Positions 1 through 6,596 of a DNA stretch of 24,734 nt are shown here, piece after piece. The stretch lies in IMG/VR virus record IMGVR_UViG_3300025751_000141, positions 1 to 24,734 of that record. The stretch is one strand, 5' to 3'. The notes under the pieces were generated by a model. The model did no database searches, was not told the DNA's origin, and saw only the letters and a program-made list of their open reading frames with translations. The translations under genes and the position numbers were made by a program. This DNA comes from a virus (taxonomy: Duplodnaviria; Caudoviricetes). How positions within the stretch are numbered: the first letter of the stretch is position 1; every line of letters begins with the position of its first letter.

Positions 1-1
1 C

Positions 2-478
2 GTCTTTGTACTGCCTTAATCCATGCGAGGGCACGCCTTTAGTTTCGAGGTACGGATGAATGTCACACTCCGCCGCCCGATCCCACATGGTCTGTGCCTT
101 CTTGGCAACGACACTCTGCTCGACCTCCTGCGCCAACCGGGCTTGTTCCTTCGCCCTCTCAATCTCCTCCACCTGCGCCTTAGTCAGCTTCGGAATCTCG
201 CCACCCTCTGCCTTCCAAGCCCCGAGCGGACCGATGTCATAACGCTCTGCGTGACCATACGGACGGTCTTGATCAAACCACACTTGATACCATGCGTTTT
301 GTTTGCGACGACCATCCATCACCGTGTAGGCCCGTCCTATCTCTCCTCCAGTGACCAAACCCTTCTTCGGGTCTGGCTCTACACCAAGCGCACCTAACCA
401 GTCGATGAACTCCCGATGCAAATCATTGGATAGAGGTCGACTAAAATTTTTTGTACCGCTTTTTATCTTCATTGCCAT
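2..478 (-). CDS. DNA primase, Toprim/TraC-like (N-terminal 159 aa; runs off the left edge)
   Basis: Not in the ORF track. Manual translation from ATG 478 (GGAGGGG SD upstream) gives MAMKIKSGTKNFSRPLSNDLHREFIDWL...NAWYQVWFDQDRPYG...AKKAQTMWDRAAECDIHPYLETKGVPSHGLRQYKD with no stop. The 'A..W..A...HPYL..KGV..GLR' pattern precedes the Toprim domain in TraC-like phage/plasmid primases. Confidence 0.75.
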   Translation of the reverse strand, partial: MAMKIKSGTKNFSRPLSNDLHREFIDWLGALGVEPDPKKGLVTGGEIGRAYTVMDGRRKQNAWYQVWFDQDRPYGHAERYDIGPLGAWKAEGGEIPKLTKAQVEEIERAKEQARLAQEVEQSVVAKKAQTMWDRAAECDIHPYLETKGVPSHGLRQYKD

Positions 479-543
479 ATTGAGCCCCTCCCAGAGATGT
501 GTATACTAGTGCAAGTTTGTATAAACCATCAAGGAGAACTTAC
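479..543. promoter_or_regulatory. Divergent promoter region between primase and the SSB-like operon
   Basis: 65-nt gap with an SD on each side (GGAGGGG on -, AAGGAG at 531-536 on +). Contains GTGCAAGTTTGTATA (509-523), 13/15 identical to 5527-5541. Confidence 0.6.
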
Positions 544-1281
544 ATGGGTATGAAACTTTCTGTAGGAGGGGGCGGAGACACTGAGTACGAGGTGCCGCCA
601 ATTGGAGAACATAAAGCGATCTGTTATCGCGTGATAGACGGCGGTAGCGCTGAGGAAGAGTATCAGGGCGAGGTAAACGTCAGACATAAAATCTTCCTGT
701 TCTGGGAATTAACCGAGTGCACCATGCAAGACGGTCGCCGTATGTCAGTCATGGGCAACTACACTGCGTCACTCAACGAAAAGTCAAAACTGTACCAACA
801 CGTTACGTCATGGATTAATCGATCCTTCACGGATGAAGAGAAGCAAGGCTTCGATCCGACGACACTTGTAGGCAAAGGTTGCAAGCTGTCGATTGAGCAT
901 ACCAAAACCGGGCGCGCTAAGGTGGCTAATGTCCACGCTTTCGTCAATGCGTTCGACGAGAATGAGCAGTTACGTCCATTACCGACCGAGAACGACCAAG
1001 TGATCTTCGATCTTGAAGACTACTGTAGTGAGTTTAGCGGCCACAGTAACGAAGCCAGTAAGCGCGCGTGTGATATTTTCGAGGACCTGCCTGCCTTTAT
1101 CCGCTACCGCATTGCCGGTTGTGACGAGGTTGGCAAGGAACCGCAAGCACCATGCTTTGAGATGCAAGCCGCTTTGAAGCGTGGCGCAGACTCACCGATC
1201 GCGGCAGGGACGCCTGTTGTCGACGTCGCAACTGACGACATGGACCCGTTTGCAGAAGAAAATAATCCGGTGCCATTCTAA
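544..1281 (+). CDS. Phage ssDNA-binding/replication protein (NGO0469-like), acidic C-tail
   Basis: Start moved from 499 to ATG 544 behind the AAGGAG SD. Motifs P.GEH.A.CY.VID.G, WEL...DGR, YTASL.EKS.L, SW..R.FT.EE..GFD...L.GK.C. Ends DDMDPFAEENNPVPF, like an SSB C-terminal tip. Confidence 0.65.
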   Translation: MGMKLSVGGGGDTEYEVPPIGEHKAICYRVIDGGSAEEEYQGEVNVRHKIFLFWELTECTMQDGRRMSVMGNYTASLNEKSKLYQHVTSWINRSFTDEEKQGFDPTTLVGKGCKLSIEHTKTGRAKVANVHAFVNAFDENEQLRPLPTENDQVIFDLEDYCSEFSGHSNEASKRACDIFEDLPAFIRYRIAGCDEVGKEPQAPCFEMQAALKRGADSPIAAGTPVVDVATDDMDPFAEENNPVPF

Positions 1282-1556
1282 TGAGTGACGAACCCACAGT
1301 TGAAGAAATGGAGGTGGCCAAGAAGATGCACGACTCTGTGCTCTCCCCGAAGCACTACACGCAAGGGGACATCGAGTGTATCGATGCCATGGAGTCATGC
1401 TTGGGCCCTGAAAAATTTGAGGGCTGGCTTCATGGCCAGATTTTTAAGTACGGATGGCGATGGCCAGACAAGAACGGTGTAGAGGATCTGCGCAAGATGT
1501 CCTTTTACAACGACCGTTTAATCCGACATTTAATCGAGCCAGAGGGGCGTAAATGA
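1281..1556 (+). CDS. DUF3310 family protein (T7 gp1.7-like, putative nucleotide kinase)
   Basis: Signature PKHYTQGDIECIDAM...KY.WR...KNG.EDLRK..FY..RLI; coupled to the upstream stop (TAATG). Confidence 0.85.
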   Translation: MSDEPTVEEMEVAKKMHDSVLSPKHYTQGDIECIDAMESCLGPEKFEGWLHGQIFKYGWRWPDKNGVEDLRKMSFYNDRLIRHLIEPEGRK

Positions 1557-2329
1557 AAGAGTTTAAGCTGGGTGTTTACGAAGACATGAGCTACGAGGAG
1601 TACGCTGAGATACCTGCATGGCGATCTCACGATCTCACCACGCTCATTAAGTGTCCTTATCAGTGGCGTAACAAGCGCGATATATCCGAGTCGCCTGCAT
1701 TGCTTGAGGGCCGCGTACAGCACACCGTGTTTGGTGAGCTTCATAAGTTTGACGATGAGTTTGCGATTGAGCCCATCGTCGATCGCCGCACCAAAGCCGG
1801 GAAGGAAGAATATGCCGATTGGTTGGAGGGCGTTGCCGGTAGGACGCCGATCAAGCAGGACCTTTACGACGTTTGCATTGAGCGCCGAGAGGTGTTGAAG
1901 GACTTCATTCCCAAGCCAGAGCATAAGGTCGAGCTGGTGATGTGCTGGGAGTGGCACGGTGAGCCATGTAAGGGACGAATGGACTGGTACACCGGGACAG
2001 ACGTCTGGGACCTCAAGACCTGCCGAGATGCTTCGCCTCGGGGTTTCCGTTCAGCAATCAATACCTTCCGGTATTACCAGCAGGCCGCGTACTACCTCAA
2101 CGGTGCTCGCTCTGCTGGCTTACGTGCCGACAAATTCTACTTCTTGGCTATTGAGAAGCAGTACCCCTACCCCTACGGCGTTTACACGCTCAGTGATGAA
2201 GCCATCGCGTTTGGTGATGCACGTAACGAGCAAGCCATCGACATAGCGCATAAGTGCTTTGAGTCGGAGGAGTGGATGCCCTACAACAACGCTGGGGTCA
2301 CAGAATTTAACGTGGATGAATTGTGGTGA
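1553..2329 (+). CDS. PD-(D/E)XK exonuclease, RecE/exonuclease VIII C-terminal (DUF3799)-like
   Basis: Motifs VDRRTKAGKE, CKGRMD...DLKT.DASP..F, Y..QAAYY, F.AIEK.YPY, terminal W..Y; ATGA overlap with the upstream gene. Confidence 0.85.
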   Translation: MKEFKLGVYEDMSYEEYAEIPAWRSHDLTTLIKCPYQWRNKRDISESPALLEGRVQHTVFGELHKFDDEFAIEPIVDRRTKAGKEEYADWLEGVAGRTPIKQDLYDVCIERREVLKDFIPKPEHKVELVMCWEWHGEPCKGRMDWYTGTDVWDLKTCRDASPRGFRSAINTFRYYQQAAYYLNGARSAGLRADKFYFLAIEKQYPYPYGVYTLSDEAIAFGDARNEQAIDIAHKCFESEEWMPYNNAGVTEFNVDELW

Positions 2330-2616
2330 AGGCAATGGAAGAGCCAGATTTTAACGCTCACTTTAATGGCGATGATTATCAACCCGACAGGGACAAAGAA
2401 AGGCTGAGAGGCCAAATCTTACGGGTCTGGAGCGAGATAAAGGACGGCCGTTGGCGCACTCTACGATCAATAGCTGACGCAACGGGCGACCCCGAAGCAT
2501 CGGTATCAGCGCAACTCCGTCACCTGCGGAAGCCGAGATTCGGAAGTAACGAGATAGAAAAGCGTTACGTTAGGAACGGTCTTTACGAGTACCGGCTCTG
2601 CAAGGAAGAAACGTGA
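2323..2616 (+). CDS. Winged helix-turn-helix DNA-binding protein (start may be ATG 2335)
   Basis: WRTLRSIADATGDPEASVSAQLRHLRK is an HTH pattern, followed by a wing IEKRY...YEYRL. Confidence 0.65.
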   Translation: MVKAMEEPDFNAHFNGDDYQPDRDKERLRGQILRVWSEIKDGRWRTLRSIADATGDPEASVSAQLRHLRKPRFGSNEIEKRYVRNGLYEYRLCKEET

Positions 2617-2843
2617 GCAAGTTACGCGCCATGATGACCGAGGAACAGCGGGCTCAGGAGGATGAATGGGCGGCTGAGATTAAGCTCTGCGCCGCTCGTC
2701 AGGCTTGGCGTAAGCAGAGAGAATTTGTGCCCAGCCGCAAGATGACATGGGCACGATGGTGGGAAAAGAAGTTCGGAGAGGGTGAGACCCTCAATGAATT
2801 TGCACGGAGAATGCAAAGGGAGAAAGAGGCGAGTACCGAATAA
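2613..2843 (+). CDS. Hypothetical protein (76 aa)
   Basis: GTGA coupling to the upstream gene and AAGGA SD; charged, Trp-containing helical protein; last gene of the + operon. Confidence 0.6.
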   Translation: MSKLRAMMTEEQRAQEDEWAAEIKLCAARQAWRKQREFVPSRKMTWARWWEKKFGEGETLNEFARRMQREKEASTE

Positions 2844-3003
2844 TTTCCCTCGGTGGCTCGTCACACTCGCTCAGCCGTATGACCGCAAGGTCCTCCATAA
2901 TCGCGATATCCTCTTTGAGGCGTAGTGCTGTAGCCATAGCCGCTTGATATGCCAAGACAAAATCAGACACTTCCACTTCAATTTCAATCTCGTCGTATTC
3001 CAT
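2791..3003 (-). CDS. Hypothetical acidic protein (70 aa)
   Basis: ATG 3 nt after the stop of 3007-3186 with GAAGG SD; overlaps the convergent gene by 53 nt. Confidence 0.5.
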   Translation of the reverse strand: MEYDEIEIEVEVSDFVLAYQAAMATALRLKEDIAIMEDLAVIRLSECDEPPREIIRYSPLSPFAFSVQIH

Positions 3004-3006
3004 CGA

Positions 3007-3186
3007 TTAACCTTCGGCTTTGCATTCTTGGTCGGCGATACCTTTATAGTCCGGCCATTTCCCCTCTTGAACCATAGCACAGTAGAAGTCCCTCTCCGCT
3101 AACTCATCCTCGTAGTCCATAGTAGACACTGCCAACCAGCCGCACAGTGCCACCAACCCTAACGCCATTTTACCCCAGAAGTTCAT
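3007..3186 (-). CDS. Small membrane-anchored/secreted hypothetical protein (59 aa, not in ORF track)
   Basis: Manual translation MNFWGKMALGLVALCGWLAVSTMDYEDELAERDFYCAMVQEGKWPDYKGIADQECKAEG*. GGAGGT SD, ATGA overlap with 3183-3536, and an N-terminal hydrophobic segment. Confidence 0.75.
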   Translation of the reverse strand: MNFWGKMALGLVALCGWLAVSTMDYEDELAERDFYCAMVQEGKWPDYKGIADQECKAEG

Positions 3187-3536
3187 GCGACCTCCTCTTC
3201 ATCGGCAACTATTTCGTAACCACCAAATTGCTCGCGGATACAGTGCTCGACAAAAAGTTGCGCGCAACACGCCATAAGGTTGTCAACGTCGCCGTCAGAC
3301 AATTCCTTAGCATCCTCAAAGACTTGATTGAAGTCTTCGTCGGCAGAGAATCTGCAAGCCGTAGCAATCGCCCACTGGTCCCAGTAGTAAACGTACTGAC
3401 CGTCCGCCCACTCAACGATGTAGTCATACATCTCATCCTCAGTGAGAGTGCGGCCTGAAGCCACCTCATTATCGAGGTCAACCTTAAAAGCGCTGACCAG
3501 CTTATCCTGCACTTGATACAAATTAGTGAGTTCCAT
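3183..3536 (-). CDS. Highly acidic protein, Ocr (T7 gp0.3)-like DNA mimic candidate
   Basis: 117 aa with 28 D/E versus 6 K/R (hand count). DEMYDYIVEWADGQYVYYWD resembles the Ocr segment [21 protein letters not shown] (recalled). AAGGAG SD. Confidence 0.55.
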   Translation of the reverse strand: MELTNLYQVQDKLVSAFKVDLDNEVASGRTLTEDEMYDYIVEWADGQYVYYWDQWAIATACRFSADEDFNQVFEDAKELSDGDVDNLMACCAQLFVEHCIREQFGGYEIVADEEEVA

Positions 3537-3554
3537 CTTATTCTCCTTAGCGGC

Positions 3555-4436
3555 TTATGCCGCCTCCTCGTCTAACATAACCGCCTTTGCAGGGCGCTTG
3601 AAAAAACCAAACCGTGAGTCATCACGGCTAGGCTCGACCGTCGCCATGAACGCAATGCGATCACCACGAGATGGGTCGATGTTCTTGGGGACGCTACCCC
3701 ATAGCTTGAAGCCACGGTCGTCCTGCACGAGCATCTTGTACACGGGACCGAAGTCGGTGTCCTTCCACTTGGTGGCTAGGACCTCACCGGCAAAGGCCTG
3801 TCGGCCAGAAGCAATTGCAGGCGCACTGTCGTATCGCTCTTGACGAGCAAGCTCAGCAATCTCTTGAACCTTGGCGGCCGCTTCTGCGGCATCTTCGATC
3901 TCACCCAGCAGTGCGCGGCGCACATGGTCGACCACGTCTTTGGGCGCCTTGCTTAGGTAGGCATAGCAAACCCGAGCGCCATCCCGGTCAACGAAAGGAG
4001 TACCGCTTTCGATCTTGATGAAGATAGGGCGACCGTGCTCAGTCTCCATAGGCACCCGATCCTGCACCTCACGCAGTGCGGCTTGAACCTCGTCGAACTT
4101 TTCGACAGGCACATAAGTGAAGCGAGTCTCCTCAACAGTGCCGAGAGAGTCGCACATGGATTCCTCGAACTTATCTGTAGGCAGGAACTGGCCACCCATG
4201 TACTCCTTCTGGAAGGTCTTCTCACCTTCAATCCACTCGTGGATGTAGCCATCGCAGGGGGCGTGAAAGCCAACGAACTCACCTTTGAAGTTGCGTCCCA
4301 TGGTAGGGGGGACCCCTGCGTTGCGCTCAGCAATCAGGTTCTGCTGACGGGTTAGCCAAGCCTTGCTGGCCGCCTCACGGCGCTTGAAGTGCTCGTTCAT
4401 GCGCTCCCAAACAAAGTCTTTATCGATCGTGTACAT
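3555..4436 (-). CDS. Hypothetical early protein with N-terminal HAPCDGY motif and C-terminal OB-fold-like domain
   Basis: Start moved from 4463 to ATG 4436 behind the AGGAGA SD. The C-terminal GRQ.F.GEV...K...FG...KMLV.DDRGFKLWGSVP...GDRI.F.ATV...FGFFKRP is beta-rich and OB-like. Confidence 0.7.
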   Translation of the reverse strand: MYTIDKDFVWERMNEHFKRREAASKAWLTRQQNLIAERNAGVPPTMGRNFKGEFVGFHAPCDGYIHEWIEGEKTFQKEYMGGQFLPTDKFEESMCDSLGTVEETRFTYVPVEKFDEVQAALREVQDRVPMETEHGRPIFIKIESGTPFVDRDGARVCYAYLSKAPKDVVDHVRRALLGEIEDAAEAAAKVQEIAELARQERYDSAPAIASGRQAFAGEVLATKWKDTDFGPVYKMLVQDDRGFKLWGSVPKNIDPSRGDRIAFMATVEPSRDDSRFGFFKRPAKAVMLDEEAA

Positions 4437-4454
4437 AACAGTTCTCCTAATTGA

Positions 4455-4522
4455 TGAGGCCATTTAAGCACGAGTTCCGTGTCGATGTACACATATTTGT
4501 GTAGATAATTATAAAAAAGTGC
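4455..4522 (-). promoter_or_regulatory. Putative leftward early promoter A
   Basis: Minus strand: T-tract, ATCTACACAAATATGTGTACAT dyad, CGACACGGA, TGCTTAAAT. It sits immediately after a terminator and before an SD, and shares a 14/16 block with 5516-5531. Confidence 0.6.
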
Positions 4523-4548
4523 AAAAAAAAGGGCCCCCGAAGGAGCCC
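4523..4548 (-). terminator. Rho-independent terminator
   Basis: Minus strand GGGCTCC-TTCG-GGGGCCC-TTTTTTTT: 7-bp stem (one G:U), cUUCGg loop, U8 tail, ~40 nt after the stop of 4588-4986. Confidence 0.92.
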
Positions 4549-4587
4549 AACAGAGTCTGGACGGTATGAAGCGACCCGTCCAAGGGA

Positions 4588-4986
4588 TTAGAAACTGAAA
4601 TCGTGAAACTTTTCTCGACGACCAAAGTAGACCCCACCGAAACCTAGCTTGTTCCACCGGCCAGTGTCAGGGTTGACCTTGACCTGCTCCACGTCGCCGC
4701 GCTGATCTATGCGCCAGTAGCGGACCGTGCCCTTGGGGTTGGGTAGGTAAAGGTACTTCTGATTCTCAGAGAACCCGTTGTCGTCTACCCGACGATAGTC
4801 GTCGTCCTGAGTCGTGACGTAAACGAACTTACCTTTCTCCTTGATGTCGACGACCGTAGCAGGGTGGCGATCGGTCCAGCTAAGGATAGTCGCCCCATCT
4901 CCGATGTTTGGCACCTTCACTGACTCAAGCGCGTACAGTGCGTTGACCAATGACCCCGTTGTTTTACCCAATTGAACTTCTGACAT
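4588..4986 (-). CDS. Conserved phage hypothetical protein (132 aa)
   Basis: GGAGGGAG SD. The pattern P.IGDGATI..WTDR.PATV and C-terminal GRREK.HDFSF is one I associate with phage early hypothetical proteins. Confidence 0.75.
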   Translation of the reverse strand: MSEVQLGKTTGSLVNALYALESVKVPNIGDGATILSWTDRHPATVVDIKEKGKFVYVTTQDDDYRRVDDNGFSENQKYLYLPNPKGTVRYWRIDQRGDVEQVKVNPDTGRWNKLGFGGVYFGRREKFHDFSF

Positions 4987-4995
4987 GACTCCCTC

Positions 4996-5181
4996 CTAAA
5001 CCAAATACGTTGTGTGCGAATCGCCGATGGATGCCTCGATAGACTCATCGAGCATCTGCGTACCTGCGATCATGTAGCTGTTGACGAACTCTCGGATCGT
5101 CTCGTCGGTGCCGAGGTCATCCAGATAGCGCTGTAGCACCTCCTTATCAACATCGACCGTAAACTCAACCTTAACCTTCAT
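4996..5181 (-). CDS. Small acidic hypothetical protein (61 aa)
   Basis: GGAGGGAG SD; fills the gap between neighbours. Begins with an alternating strand (MKVKVEFTVDVD) followed by predicted helices. Confidence 0.7.
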   Translation of the reverse strand: MKVKVEFTVDVDKEVLQRYLDDLGTDETIREFVNSYMIAGTQMLDESIEASIGDSHTTYLV

Positions 5182-5207
5182 CTTGCTCCCTCCAGCAGAA
5201 AGGCCGC

Positions 5208-5459
5208 TTATGCGGCCCGTTGTGCGATGACTGACTCAAGTTCTGCGGCTTCTTCTCTTGCCATCTCGACCATGCGCTCGTAGGTCTTGAGATTCTCGGA
5301 CATGATTGCCAAAGCTCTGTGGCTGTAGCCGCGAGCCTTCTTTATTCTTTTTGCCAACCTGCGGCACTCAACTTCTTTGCGCGCGATGTATGAGTTCTCT
5401 TCCTTCAGCGCGCTAACCAAAACGTCTGTAGAGTGCTGGCTGTAATCAAAATCTGACAT
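5208..5459 (-). CDS. Hypothetical coiled-coil protein (83 aa), first gene of the early cluster
   Basis: AAGGGA SD; helical, charged composition; stop codon lies in a GGCCGC-ATAA-GCGGCC hairpin. Confidence 0.7.
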   Translation of the reverse strand: MSDFDYSQHSTDVLVSALKEENSYIARKEVECRRLAKRIKKARGYSHRALAIMSENLKTYERMVEMAREEAAELESVIAQRAA

Positions 5460-5497
5460 AATTTTTTCCCTTTTAGACTCGTCGGGACGCCCCCGAC

Positions 5498-5587
5498 ACA
5501 GCTAAGGTCTCACACTCCGTGTCGTTGTGCAACTCTGTATACAGATTAATTGAGCTATGTGGCAAAAGTGACAAAAAAGTAAAAAAC
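5498..5587 (-). promoter_or_regulatory. Putative leftward early promoter B
   Basis: Minus strand: T-tracts (UP-element-like), perfect palindrome TCTGTATACAGA (5534-5545), TTGCAC (-35-like), CGACACGGA. The -10 match is weak. Confidence 0.55.
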
Positions 5588-5655
5588 AACCCTTAGCCAT
5601 TTTTTACCCGAGGGGGTACAAAGGGGTACGTCAACCCTTATACGGTTGTACCCCT
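5587..5655. repeat. Cluster of short direct and inverted repeats / bulged hairpin
   Basis: CAACCCTTA at 5587 and 5632; GGGGTAC at 5613 and 5623; inverted TTGTACCCCT at 5646-5655. Stem AGGGGTA[CGT]CAACC-CTTATAC-GGTTG-TACCCCT (5622-5655). Confidence 0.7.
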
Positions 5656-6367
5656 AAGTCAGTCGCTCGTGCATCTCTTGCAACCTACCTTGGTCATGGA
5701 GCCAAAACACTAGCAAGTAGCGGTCTCCAGACTGCACAGGCAAGCCACGATGTAGCTTCGTAAAGGATGGGAAGATAAGGGCATGGCCCGAGGGCAGAGG
5801 CTTAATGGTGCCGTGGCCGTGGAACTCCGTGCCACCGCCCGTATAGTCGCCTGTATTCAACGGTATGACGACAGACATATCTGAGGACTCATCGTGATGC
5901 CAAGCCCCCTGTTGCTTATCCTTGACGTTGTAGTTGGCTATCTGGATTGTAGATATCTCTGAGCAATCACGCTGAAACAACGACCAGAAGATCGGGTTCA
6001 GGATGTTCTGCACGACAAACCACATGGTCCGGTAAAGCTCTGGCACACGCTGTTGCAGGATGATCTCGGGTATCTGACGAAGCTCATCCTCATCCTCGTT
6101 GGGCGCAAACAAGCCCTCGGCTTTCATCTGATCGATCTCTTCGACCAACATTTTGCAATAAGCTCGACGAAATAGGGGTACACGATAGATGTCAGGAAAG
6201 ACCTGTTTGACGTGCTGTCGCACAGGCAATTCGTCCAGATCTTCGATCCCCTGCCGAGTACGATATCTTGCGATCTTCGGTACAGACTCCTGTATCGACT
6301 CGTATAACGGCTGATTGATCATCCAATGGCTCTGCATGGAGAGCATATAATTTTTGAGTTTGTACAT
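5654..6367 (-). CDS. 2OG-Fe(II) oxygenase (PLOD lysyl hydroxylase/OGFOD2-like)
   Basis: HxD (WHHD), DYTGGGTEF, distal His (LHRG) and 2OG-binding Arg (GDRYLLVFW); N-terminal YRVPLF...YC..LVEEI. Start moved from 6424 to ATG 6367 because the longer form runs into the divergent gene. Confidence 0.88.
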   Translation of the reverse strand: MYKLKNYMLSMQSHWMINQPLYESIQESVPKIARYRTRQGIEDLDELPVRQHVKQVFPDIYRVPLFRRAYCKMLVEEIDQMKAEGLFAPNEDEDELRQIPEIILQQRVPELYRTMWFVVQNILNPIFWSLFQRDCSEISTIQIANYNVKDKQQGAWHHDESSDMSVVIPLNTGDYTGGGTEFHGHGTIKPLPSGHALIFPSFTKLHRGLPVQSGDRYLLVFWLHDQGRLQEMHERLT

Positions 6368-6422
6368 AAAATAGTGTAATGTGTGCACAAGTTTATTTAT
6401 CGTAACATTTTGAGGGGCAATC

Positions 6423-6596
6423 ATGGAAGACGAAAAGCCAATAAGACGACGAAAGTCGTTGGCTGTCGATGAAGAAACCTACGACAAGCTCAATAGAATC
6501 TGTTCGCAACGTCGTAGGAGCAAAATTCAGCAACTACAAGTGCTGATCGAGAACGAGTACAACCAAATTTTCCATATCATGGAGGAAGATCAGTGA
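6423..6596 (+). CDS. Ribbon-helix-helix (Arc/CopG-like) DNA-binding protein (57 aa, not in ORF track)
   Basis: Manual translation MEDEKPIRRRKSLAVDEETYDKLNRICSQRRRSKIQQLQVLIENEYNQIFHIMEEDQ*. Strand KSLAV, helix A, turn RRS, helix B; GAGGGG SD. Confidence 0.78.
   Translation: MEDEKPIRRRKSLAVDEETYDKLNRICSQRRRSKIQQLQVLIENEYNQIFHIMEEDQ

Noticed and set aside
23-397. 124-aa + strand ORF (and nested 60..242)
   Set aside because: Antisense shadow of the minus-strand primase-like frame, which has an SD and recognisable motifs.
3183-3200. C-terminal EEEVA (and EAVA at 13542) as degrons
   Set aside because: Explained by an embedded GGAGG Shine-Dalgarno and ATGA overlap for the next gene.
5534-5545. 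CTGT-AT-ACAG as a LexA SOS box
   Set aside because: The gammaproteobacterial SOS box needs CTGT-N8-ACAG; the spacing here is 2. Kept only as a generic dyad.
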